A DNA stretch of 64,000 nucleotides, taken from the NCBI GenBank assembly GCA_963824995.1, contig CAWGRK010000009.1, forward strand, positions 1 to 64,000, read 5' to 3'. The notes beneath the pieces were generated by a model. That model ran no database searches and had not been told where the DNA came from. It saw nothing but the letters and a program-made list of their open reading frames with translations. Source of the DNA: an uncultured Actinomycetes bacterium. GTDB taxonomy: Bacteria > Actinomycetota > Acidimicrobiia > Spongiisociales > DATADW01. The position numbers and the translations under genes are program-made. Shown here one piece after another: positions 51,656 through 61,546 of the stretch (position 1 is its first letter; each line of letters starts with the position of its first letter).

Positions 51656-52947
51656 GTGCCGCCGCGACTGCTCGGGCTCTGCGCCGTTCTGCTCCTGGCC
51701 ATGGCCTGCTCCGCTTCGGATTCGAACGGGACGACCGTGGCCGGGACCGAAACCCAGACCACCACGGCTGGTGCCGCCACCACCATCGAAACAGCCACCA
51801 CCGTCGCTGGCACGGCGACCACTGCCGGAGCGGCGGGTGGAGACACCGACGGTGGTCTCTTGATCCTGGACGGATCGGGCAATGTTGTCGTGCAGACACC
51901 GGATGGGAGCGGGTCGAACCAGATCACCGACGACGCCGGTCCCGATCAGGTCTATCTCCAACCCACATGGTCGCCGGCCGGCGACCGGGTTGTGGTGACA
52001 TCCCTCACGGCCGAGGGCTCCACCATCCTGGTGGTGCCTCTCGATGGCGAACCGATCCCGACCGCTACAGACTTCGCACCGTTCTTTACCAATGGAGCCC
52101 GGCAGGCGATCACGTCGCCTTCCTGGGAACCCCCGAGCAAGGTGGCATCACGCTGGGGGTGCTCGATGCCGCCGCGGGAACTATTGAAACGATCGACACC
52201 GGGCAGCCCTACTACTTCCATTGGTCGTCCGATGGCTCCCGGCTCGCTGCCCACGTCGGCTCGGACCGGCTCGATCTGATCGACCCCGCCACCGGGGATG
52301 TGACGCCTCTGGGGCAGATTCGGGCAGTTTCCAGGCTCCGGAATGGCATCCCGACGGGGCCCGGTTGGTCGCGGTGCTCCACGGTGAGGCCGGCGGAATC
52401 AACGCCGCCTACTCGGCGCAGGGAATCAGCCAGCGCCTGGCTGTCATTGAAGTCGCCTCAGGTAGGTCGAGGAGCTTGCCGTCGTCGAGGGTGCCGTCGC
52501 TTCGCAGGTGGCGCCGGGTGGCGACCGCATCGCTTACAACGTCGCCCGGGCCCGAGGGAGGCGAGGTCTGGGTGACCGACTTCTCAGGTGGTCGCCCCCA
52601 GAGGGTGGCGCGGGGCACTGTGGTGGCTTTGCAGTGGAGTCCCGACGGCGATCGCCTGCTGATGCTCCGACTGGCTCCCGACAACGTTGCCCCGGTCGTG
52701 CCAATCGTCTGGGGCGGGAGCGGTCCGACCGAGTTCCCCGGATCACCCCCGACACGGGCGTTTCTCAGCGAGTACCTGCCGTTCTGGGAGCAGTACAGCC
52801 GTGGGTTGACGCTCTGGTCTCCCGACGGGGGAGGCGTTCGCGTACCCCGCCGCCGGTACTGACGGCGACCGGATCATGGTCCAGCCGATCGACGCCACCG
52901 AGCCCATGGACGCCGGGGCGGGCAGCGTGGTCGCCTGGTCACCCTGA
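51656..52947 (+). CDS. TolB-like beta-propeller lipoprotein, multiply frameshifted
   Basis: Lipobox AMAC, Thr-rich linker, repeated WSP(D/A)G motifs across several ORFs. Confidence 0.7.
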
Positions 52948-52972
52948 TCTCTACCCTCGGGGCCGCCGCGGT

Positions 52973-54294
52973 GTGGGGGACGAAGACCTGGAAGACGACA
53001 GCAAAGGAGCCGCAAACGGAACGACCCTTCGGGTCGGCATCCGTCCGCTGGTGGATTTCATCCACACCGAGGCAGCGGGTGGCGTCGTCTTGCTCGCTGC
53101 CACCCTCGTGGCACTTCTCCTAGCCAACTCCCCGTGGAGCGAGGCATACCAGTCGTTCTGGCACACGCCTTTCTCGATCGAAGCAGGGCCGCTGCACCTG
53201 AGCCTCGACCTCCAGGAGGTGGTCAACGACGGGCTCATGGCCGTCTTCTTCTTCGTCGTCGGGTTGGAGATCAAGCGCGAGCTGGTCGCCGGGCACCTGT
53301 CGCGAGGCGCCAGGCGGCGCTGCCCGCGATCGCCGCCGTCGGCGGGATGGTGGTGCCGGCGCTGCTCTACATGGCCGTCAACGCCGGCGGGCACCGGCAG
53401 CGCGCGGGTGGGGCGTCCCGATGGCGACCGACATCGCCTTCGCGGTCGGCGTGCTGGCGCTGCTCGGCGACCGCGTCCCGGCGTCGCTCAAGGTGCTCCT
53501 GCTCGCCCTCGCCATCGTCGACGACATCGGCGCCATCGCTCGTGATCGCCCTCTTCTACAGCGACGACGTGCACCTCGGCTGGGCTGCGGCCGCGGCCGC
53601 GCTGGTGGCGGCGAGGCGTTGATGCGATCGCTCGGCGTGCGGTGGTGGCCTGCCTACGCCGGGGCCGGGGTGGCGGCGTGGCTGCTCCGCGTTGGAGAGC
53701 GGGATCCACGCCACCATCGCCGGTGTCACCCTCGGCCTGATGGCACCCACGCAGCCGGCACGGCGGAGCGACATGATCGACGAGTACGAGCTCACCGACC
53801 TGTCGACGCCTCGGGCCGCCAGACAGACGGCGGTCGCCGCCCGTGAATCGGTCTCGGTCGTCGAGTGGCTGGAGCACGGACTCCATCCGTGGACAAGCTT
53901 CGTGATCCTCCCCATTTTCGCCCTGGCGAATGCTGGCATCCCGTTGAGCAGCGAAACGCTCGAGGGAGCAGCCGGGTCCCCGATCACACTCGGCGTGATA
54001 CTCGGTTTGGTGGTCGGAAAGACGGTGGGGATCACGGCCTTCGCCTGGCTGGCAGTGCGTACCCGGGCCGGCGAGTTGCCGGAAGGCGCAACGTGGCCGG
54101 CGATCACGGGAGTGGCGGCCGTGGCGGGGATCGGGTTCACCGTCGCCATCTTCATCGCCGGTCTCGCATTCGAGGACCCCGGGATGCAGGACCTGGCGAA
54201 GATCGGAATCCTCGGCGGCTCCCTGCTCGCCGCGGTGCTCGGAGCACTTCTCCTCCGCTTACCGGGCCGGACAGAGCCATTTCCCGAAGACTGA
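52973..54294 (+). CDS. nhaA: Na+/H+ antiporter NhaA, multiply frameshifted
   Basis: [70 protein letters not shown]. Confidence 0.92.
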
Positions 54295-54297
54295 CCC

Positions 54298-55168
54298 TCA
54301 CCCCGCCGTCATCCCGGCCACCGATTTCGAGCGCCGCACCCAGCGGCACCGCCAGTCGGTCCATGTCCGCCCACGGGTCACCATCCGCCATTCTCGGTCC
54401 GATGGTGCCAACCCGCCACCGATCGGGCTTGCTCCTCCCGATTTCACCCCAGGTCATAGGCACCGCCACCGGGGCGCGCGGCTTTGGGCGGACCGACCAT
54501 GGGCACACCCCTGATTGGGCGTACCGGTTGCGGAGCCAGTCGATGAACACCCTGCCCTCGCGCTTGGCGATACGGAACTCCGTGGTCAGACGGTCGGGGT
54601 GCCGCGCCGCCAGGGCGGTGGCGATGGCCCTTGCGGTCTCCCCCACCTGCTCGATGGTCGCCTCCGGGACCAGCGGCACGACGACGTGGTAGCCCTTCGA
54701 CCCCGTGGTCATCGGCAGACCGGCGAGCCGTAACTCCCCGAGGATCTCCTCTACCCGCCGTGCCGCCCAACGGGCCGCGACCACGTCGCCTTCGGGTGGG
54801 TCGAGGTCGAAGATCATCCGGTCGGGCCGGTCCAGTGAGGGTGTGCGGCTCGTCCAGACATGGAAGGTCACGGTCCCTTGGTTGGCCAGGTAGACCAGTC
54901 CGTCTCCGTCGTTGACCACGGGGTGCTCCACCGTTCCCTCCTCCTTGGGGACCACGACCCGCTCGATCGACTCTGGGAAGTAGTCGGCGGCGTTCTTCTG
55001 GAAGAAGCCCTGCTGGCCGATGCCGTTGGGGTACCGCTCGAGCGTGAGCGGCCGGCCCTTGGCATGGGGAACCATCAGCGGGGCAACCGCCTCGTAATAG
55101 CCGACCAGGTCGCCCTTGGTGATCCCGTCCTCGGGGAACAGCACCTTTTCGGGGTTGCTCACCTCCAT
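54298..55168 (-). CDS. Stand-alone LigD-type primase-polymerase domain protein
   Basis: SNPEKVLFP..GITKGDL..YY, RYPNG....FFQK, FDLDP, TTGSKGYH, FIDWLRN, WSVR; the 3' end is uncertain (ORF runs to 54152, overlapping nhaA). Confidence 0.9.
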
Positions 55169-55196
55169 GGGACGATTCTGCCCAAGCGGCGGCCGG

Positions 55197-55640
55197 CTAC
55201 GACGGATCGAAGCGGACCCGGCGTCCCCTCCGCTCCAGTTCCTCGACGAGAGCCGCCTCGCTGAAACCCGCGAGGTCGATCGACCAGTCACGCTCTCTCG
55301 GCGGCGGAGCCACCTCGATGAGCCCGGCGACCCGGTCGCGAAGGGTGCGGGCCCATGCCCGCCCTTTGGCACCGGCCTCGAGACTGAGGGTGCCGTCCGA
55401 GTTGGCGCGGTAGACCCTGGCCTCCATCTGAGGATTGGCACGCGATCCGCGCTCCCCGTACACGAGGAGGACCGACCCGGCGGGCACATCCTGGATGCCG
55501 CCGACGGCGACGAAGTCGCCCTCGAAGGCCCACCCCGTATCGAGCGAGCCGTCCACGTTGGTGACCACCTTCGCCCAATTCTTGTGTCGCTCGTCGCCGA
55601 TCAGCGGCACCTCGACCGGGATGAGGACGGCTTCGTCCAT
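55197..55640 (-). CDS. Hypothetical protein (147 aa)
   Basis: Protein-like ORF MDEAVLIPV..HKNWAKVVTNVD..GWAFEGDF..; TACAGT -10 7 nt before ATG. Confidence 0.7.
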   Translation of the reverse strand: MDEAVLIPVEVPLIGDERHKNWAKVVTNVDGSLDTGWAFEGDFVAVGGIQDVPAGSVLLVYGERGSRANPQMEARVYRANSDGTLSLEAGAKGRAWARTLRDRVAGLIEVAPPPRERDWSIDLAGFSEAALVEELERRGRRVRFDPS

Positions 55641-55655
55641 GCCTACGACTGTAAG

Positions 55656-55680
55656 GAAGCGGACGGCGGATGTCCGCTTC
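55656..55680. promoter_or_regulatory. Perfect 9-bp inverted repeat GAAGCGGAC-N7-GTCCGCTTC between divergent promoters
   Basis: Arms at 55656-55664 and 55672-55680. Confidence 0.55.
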
Positions 55681-55699
55681 ATGTGGCAACCTCGGCGCG

Positions 55700-56626
55700 G
55701 TGGATCCCGGATCGAGCACTTACGAACTGGCGGGGCGGGGGCTCCTGATCGGAACCTGCAGCTGGACCGATCCGACGCTGACCGGCAACACGTCGTTCTA
55801 CCCCCGCAAGGAGATGACGGCAGAGGAGCGGCTTCGCCACTATGCAGACCACTTTCCCATCGCCGAAGTCGATTCCACCTACTACGCACCGCCCAGCGAG
55901 ATGACCGCCGGGCTTTGGGTGGATCGCACACCCGACGGTTTCACCTTCGACATCAAGGCATTCCGGCTGATGACCCAGCATCCGACGCCGCTGTCGTCGC
56001 TTTGGAAGGACTTCAGGGAGAAGATCCCCGAAGAGGCGAAAGAGAAGAAGAACATCTACGTCCGCGACCTGCCGCGGGAACTGCAGGCGGAGGCGTTCTC
56101 CCGCTTCTCGGAGGCGCTGCTACCGCTCCACTCTTCGGGCAAGCTGGGTCTGATCCTGTTCCAGCTACCCCCGTACGTGTACCCCAACCGGGGGAGCTTT
56201 GGCTATCTCAAGTGGGCCGCTGCGCAACTTCCCGACTACCGGATCGCCGTCGAGTTCCGCCAGGGAAAATGGATGGACGAGGAGCACCGCGAGGACACGC
56301 TCTCCTTCCTCGACCGCCACGGCATGACCTACGTCGCCGTGGACGAGCCGCAGGGATTCAAGAGCTCGGTGCCTGCGATAGCCGCTGCCACCTCCGACGT
56401 CGCCGAGGTCCGCTTCCACGGCCGCAACGCCGAGACCTGGGAGGCAAAGGGAATCTCCGCCGCCGAGCGCTTCAAGTACGACTACCAGCGCCCCGAGATG
56501 GAGGAGTGGCTCCCCCGGATCGAAGCCCTCCAGGAGCGGGCCAAGGAAACCCACCTCCTGATGAACAACTGCTACGCCGACTACGGGATCCGCTCCGCTC
56601 AACTCCTGGCCGGTCTGTTGGGCTGA
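55700..56626 (+). CDS. DUF72 family protein
   Basis: IGTCSW, EVDSTYY, FTFDIKA, LFQLPP, AVEFR, VAVDEP, RFHGRN, YDY, MNN. Confidence 0.92.
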   Translation: MDPGSSTYELAGRGLLIGTCSWTDPTLTGNTSFYPRKEMTAEERLRHYADHFPIAEVDSTYYAPPSEMTAGLWVDRTPDGFTFDIKAFRLMTQHPTPLSSLWKDFREKIPEEAKEKKNIYVRDLPRELQAEAFSRFSEALLPLHSSGKLGLILFQLPPYVYPNRGSFGYLKWAAAQLPDYRIAVEFRQGKWMDEEHREDTLSFLDRHGMTYVAVDEPQGFKSSVPAIAAATSDVAEVRFHGRNAETWEAKGISAAERFKYDYQRPEMEEWLPRIEALQERAKETHLLMNNCYADYGIRSAQLLAGLLG

Positions 56627-56674
56627 CACGGAAGACGGCAGACGGCGGACGGCAGACGGCAGACGGCAGCCAGA
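56626..56674 (+). repeat. Heptamer tandem array (AGACGGC)n
   Basis: ACACGGA AGACGGC AGACGGC GGACGGC AGACGGC AGACGGC AGCCAGA. Confidence 0.85.
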
Positions 56675-56693
56675 AATTCCCAGGAAACGGTTC

Positions 56694-56800
56694 ACTCCCA
56701 AAGGTGCGCTGACCCAGGGGCGAGCACCGTTGGGAGTACGGCAGCTCCCCTACCCGCTGCTCCGCAGCGGGGTCCTTCCCACCTGGGGGGACGGAGCAGA
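56694..56800. repeat. Cluster of hairpins / REP-like element
   Basis: ACTCCCAA..TTGGGAGT (56694-56737), CCCGCTGC-tcc-GCAGCGGG (56753-56771), gtccttcc..gggggac. Confidence 0.6.
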
Positions 56801-56846
56801 ATCCGCCTTCTGTCCTGACACTTGCTGCCCGCTACGGTCGAACTCC

Positions 56847-58872
56847 ATGGCGAGACGACTCACTCCAGAGGCTCTATGGGCGATCCCCCGGGTGGGGCCT
56901 CCGGTAGCCGCCCGTGATGGTTCCTTCCTCGTGGTCCCGGTGACCACCGCCGACATCGAGGCGAACAAGTCGACCACGCGGTTGTGGCGAGTGCCGGCAG
57001 GCGACGGCGAACCGGAGCCCATCACCTCGGCGGATGCGAGCGCTTCTAGCCCAGTGATCAGCCCGGACGGCGCCAACCTCGCCTTCGTCCGCAAGGACGA
57101 TGCTGGCGACACCCAGATGTGGGTGCTCTCGTTGCGCGGTGGCGAGGCGCGCCGGGTAACCGACCTTCCGCTCGGCGTGATCGGAGCCAAGTGGCTTCCC
57201 GACAGCTCCGGGCTCGTGGTACTTGCCGAGGTCTACCGCGAGGCCTTGTCGCTCGACGCGGCCCGTGAGCATCGCAAGTCGTTGGAGGAGGGCTCGGTCA
57301 AGGCGCACGTCACCGAGGATCGCACTTATCGGTTCTGGGACGTCTGGCTCACCGAGGGAAAGGTCCCTCATCTCTTCCGCGTACCGGTGGAAGGCGGTGC
57401 AGCCGTCGATTTGATGCCCGACTCGAAGAGGTGGTGGCAATTTCCCTCCACCGATGACCCGATGGCGGACTTCGATGTCGCTCCCGATGGCTCCGAGGTC
57501 GCATTTGCCGCCGACACGTCCGAGCCTCCCCACTTCGAGCCGCGCTGGGCGATCTTCACGCTGCCCGTGGAGGGCGGCGCGGTGCAATGCCTCACCCCGG
57601 ACCACACCGGTCACGACTTGCGTCCCCGTTACTCACCCGACGGCGCTCATCTCGTTTTCGGCATGCAGCGCAACCTCCAGTTCTATGCCGACCGGGTGAG
57701 GCTGGTGGCCATCGACCGCTCCACCGGCACCGAAGTCGTGCTCACCGAGGACTGGGACGCGTCGGCCACAACGTGGGAGTTCGAGCCTGGCGGCACGCTC
57801 GTGCTCGCTGCCGAGGACTCGGGGCGTCAGAGTCTGTATCGAATCGGTGTCGAGGTCGGCGAGCCGGTCCTGCTGGTCGAGGGAGGCACGCTGTCCGACC
57901 CGGTGCCGGTCGCCGAGAAGGAGGGCTATGTCCATCACCAGAGTCTCTCCGAGCCACCCGAGGTCGCCCGCTACAGCGAGGGAGGATTGCGTCGGCTGAC
58001 GTCGTTCACCTCCGAGGCGCTCGAGGGCATCGAGTTGGGGGAGGTCGAGGAGATGGAAGTCACCGGGTCGGGGGATGACCCGATCCAGGTCTATCTGGTG
58101 AAGCCGCCGTGGGAGCCCGCCAACGGTCCTCTGCCCCTCATCCACCTCGTCCACGGCGGCCCCCACGGGACCTTCGGCGACGCCTGGCACAACCGGTGGA
58201 ACGCCCACGTTTTCGCCGCCCCCGGACGGGCGGTGGCGCTGGTCAACTTCCATGGTTCAACCGGGTTCGGCGAGGCTTTCACCTCCTCGATACACGGTGC
58301 CTGGGGCGAGCACCCCACGGCCGACGTCCTCGCTGTCACCGACGACCTGATTGAGCGCGGTGTGGCGGATCCCGACCGCATGGCACTTGCGGGCGGCTCG
58401 TACGGTGGATACCTGACCTGCTGGATCACCGGGTCAACCGACCGGTTCACCTGCGCCGTGGCCCATGCCGCCGTAACCGACCTGCCTGCGATGTATGCCT
58501 CGGACTGGACCACCGATACCCGAACTTGCCTTTGGCGCCTTCCCGTGGGAGGACCTCGAGCGGGTAAACCGATGGAGTCCTTTCGCCCAGTCGGCCACGG
58601 TCGGGACGCCGACCCTCGTTGTCCACGGTGAACTCGATCTGCGGGTACCCGTGACCCAGGGACTTGCCTGGTACGGGATGCTCAAGGCCAGAGGGGTCGA
58701 GGCCCGACTGGTCCACTATCCGGACGAGAACCACTGGATCCTCAAGCCACAAAACTCGCTCCACTGGTACGGCGAGGTGCTGGGATGGCTAGACCGGCAC
58801 CTAGGAGCTCAGGCGGAAGACGGAAAGCGGAAGACGGAAGGCGGACTCTCCGGTCCTGCACACTCTGGCTAG
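56847..58872 (+). CDS. S9 family (prolyl oligopeptidase-like) serine peptidase, frameshift near 58520
   Basis: Propeller repeats, VHGGPH, NFHGSTGFG, GGSYGG nucleophile, HGELDLRVP, YPDENHW. Confidence 0.93.
58811..58845 (+). repeat. Heptamer tandem array (AGACGGA-type)
   Basis: AGGCGGA AGACGGA AAGCGGA AGACGGA AGGCGGA. Confidence 0.75.
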
Positions 58873-58962
58873 AGCGGTGGTCTGTCGGCGTTCATTGCCA
58901 GGCAATTGCCGTGACGATTCAGCACCCACCGTTGCAAGTTTTGCCGAAGATTTGGATCGCGT

Positions 58963-59530
58963 TCACCCATTGAGTGGGTCGTGGCTGTACTCGGGATACC
59001 AGCCGCGATAGCCCAAGAGCCGGCCCAATGCCGCCAGCGGAATGAACATCGCTGTTTGAACCGCGGGCGGGGGACTGGCGAGTTGCAGCTCGTCTTCGAA
59101 CTCCCGCATCAGCACAGCGAGGTGGAGCGGATTTGGGAAGCCCCTTGCGGTTGGTCTTACCGTCGGCCGCCAGACCGAAGAAGGTCTCGAAGAACATTTC
59201 GGTCCGAAGTGCCGGTCTGAATTCGCCCAACACGTGGACGTCCTCCTCCCCGGCGTTCCACCAGACATGCGAATGGCCGGGAGGTATCACGGCTACGTCC
59301 CCGGGCGACAGAACACGCTCCTCATCATCGATGGCGAGCGTGAGCGTTCCCGAAAGCACCTCGAATCGCTCTTCCTGATTCGGATGGACGTGAGCTGCGG
59401 CGACATGTCCGCCGGGCTTAGCGAATAGATCGCCCTGGAGAAGTTGGCCCTGCGTGTCGCCGGCCACTTTCCGCCAGATCAGCCTTTCTCCGGTCACAGG
59501 GTGCTCGAGAACTTCTCCGGGCTTTGCCAT
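58963..59530 (-). CDS. Cupin domain protein, frameshift near 59135
   Basis: HPVTGE, HVHPNQEERFEVLSG, IPPGHSHVWWN; C-terminus PNPLHLAVL in ORF 58963..59268; GGAGAGGAGG RBS. Confidence 0.85.
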
Positions 59531-59583
59531 GGCCTCCTCTCCCTTGGTGGTCCGGACGCTACGGGTGCACCAGCACGTGATCT

Positions 59584-59601
59584 ATCCCAGGAATCTGGGA
59601 T
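59584..59601. promoter_or_regulatory. Inverted repeat ATCCCAG-N4-CTGGGAT, candidate operator
   Basis: Perfect 7-bp arms between the divergent cupin and LuxR genes. Confidence 0.6.
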
Positions 59602-59615
59602 TCTCGGTCGTGTCG

Positions 59616-60754
59616 ATGGGCGGCCTGTCAGAATGGCTCGGTGACACTGGTTGGTCTCGAGCACCGCAGACGCTTTCTGCGGCTGCTCCATCAGAACCTG
59701 GACCTTGCCGCCTTCTTCGCGGCGGCCGATCAAGCCCTTGCAGGACTGATCGAGTTCGACAGTTCATGCTGGCTCAGCCTCGACCCTTCCACCCTGCTGC
59801 CCACCAGTCACTTCACCCGGGCGATCGAGAGCGACCACTTGATGGAGCTGGCAGCCAACGAGTTCCTCCAGATGATGTGAACAAGTTCGCCGACCTGGCC
59901 CGTGCTGCCCACCCGGTGGGGATTCTCAGCGAGGCCACAGCGGGCCGTCCAGAACGAAGCTCCCGCTTCGTCAACGTGCTCAAACCGTACGGCTATGGAG
60001 AGGGAGACGAGTTGAGGGCGGCCTTTCTCGATGGCGTGTCGGTGTGGGGTTGTGCAGTCATCCATCGTCGTCAAGGTCTGTTCGACAACCGTGACGCCGA
60101 ACTCGTCGCTGATGTGAGCACCTACATCGGGGAGGGAATCCGCAGGGCCATCCTCGTCACCGCACTCACAACCGACACCTGGGCCCGATTCCCCGGGCCT
60201 CATCCTCCTCCGCAGCGACAATTCGGTTGAGAGAATGACGCCTGCCGCCAGGCGTTGGCCGGGCGATCTGCTCGACACGACCGGTGACTCCTCCGCCGTG
60301 CCTCTCGGTGGTTATCAGTCTCGCCAGCAAGGCTCGAATGGTTGTGGACGGGGCCATCGACGAGGTGGCGAAGGTTCGTGTGCCCAGACGGAACGGCGGG
60401 TGGTTCCTGATGCACGCCTCGCTGCTCACAGGTGACTCAGAAGGCCCTGTCGCGGCGTTGATCTCTCCGGCGACTCAGCCGGAGATCTCGACCCTGATCG
60501 TCGAGGCCTACGGGCTCTCGAAACGCGAACGGGAGGTCGCCCGGCTCGTCTTTGCCGGTCTCGCCACGCAGGAAATCGCCGACGCCCTCCACGTCTCCTC
60601 GTACACGGTTCAGGATCACCTCAAGGCCATCTTCGCCAAGGTCGGAGTCCACAGTCGGCGCGAGCTGGTAGCACAGGTCTTTCTCCAGCACTATGCGCCA
60701 AGGCTCGAGACCGGCGCCCCGGTCGGTTCCAACGGCTGGTTCGCTGCGACATAG
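59616..60754 (+). CDS. LuxR-type HTH regulator with N-terminal sensor domain, multiply frameshifted
   Basis: CWLSLDPSTLLPTS, GDELRAAF..WG, AYGLSKREREVARLV..GLATQEIA..LHVSSYTVQDHLKAIFAKVGVHSRREL; start uncertain. Confidence 0.8.
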
Positions 60755-60758
60755 GCCG

Positions 60759-60839
60759 GAGGTTGATTCCCAAAAGGTCGTCTTACCCTCCAGTTGAGGC
60801 TAAGACGATTTTGTCATTCCGGTGGGTGGCTTCAACCTC
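60759..60839. other. Nested stem-loop element (possible structured RNA or terminator)
   Basis: GAGGTTGA/TCAACCTC, CAAAA/TTTTG, TCGTCTTA/TAAGACGA and CCTC/GAGG pairings. Confidence 0.5.
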
Positions 60840-60868
60840 GTGTAGAGCGTTAAGCAATGGGCGAATGC

Positions 60869-60903
60869 TCGTACTTCTGACTTCCGACTTCCGCCCTCCG
60901 ACT
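60869..60903 (-). repeat. Heptamer tandem array (AGTCGGA-type on the minus strand)
   Basis: Minus strand reads AGTCGGA GGGCGGA AGTCGGA AGTCAGA AGTACGA. Confidence 0.75.
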
Positions 60904-60905
60904 AG

Positions 60906-61546
60906 TCAGACGGCCATCACCGCCAGCAGCGTTCCCTCCCGAATACGAACTGACGCGACAGGTAGGAGGAACTGGTTGCTCACCCCCCAGGTGGACCCCG
61001 GGTCAATCCTCGCATCGGATAGTTCCCACCGCAGTCCCTCGGTAGTCACCCCCTCGGCGACACCGTGGAAAGGAAGCAGGGAAACCAGAGCCCCGACCGA
61101 GCCGTGGAGCCGGTTTGCGCTATGTATGACCACCGATCTCGCCCCGGCGACCAGCCACTCGATCTCCATTCCGGCGTGGGTGGGCGCGGTGAGTAGGAGC
61201 GCATTTGCCAGCGTGTGATCCAGCCTGCCGCCGCGCCCACCAACCACCACAACACGATCGGCATCAGCGCGGTGCGCCGCGCCTAGGGCGAGTTCGAGGT
61301 CGGTTGCGTCCTTGTCTTCCGGGTGGCGCTCGACAGCCGCCCCGGCATAGCCGCCAAGTCCTGCGGCGACACCGAATCGAGATCGCCTATGACCAGATCC
61401 ACCTTCAACCCGAGGTCGAGGGCAAGTTCCAGCCCCGAGTCAGCAGCAATCACCAAGGCGGGGCCGGGCAGATCCTCGATGACATCCCCGGGCACCGGGT
61501 CGCCGCCGGCGAAGATCACGACAGTGGTACCGCCCTCGGTGGTCAC
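60906..61546 (-). CDS. thiN: Thiamine pyrophosphokinase, frameshifted
   Basis: IAADSG, IGDLDS, GGRLDHTLAN, GVTTEGLRWEL, GVSN. Confidence 0.9.

Noticed and set aside
60755..60905. TPP riboswitch near thiN, or 6S/Ms1 RNA
   Set aside because: Lies downstream of thiN, lacks the TPP CUGAGA core, and is much shorter than 6S/Ms1 RNAs
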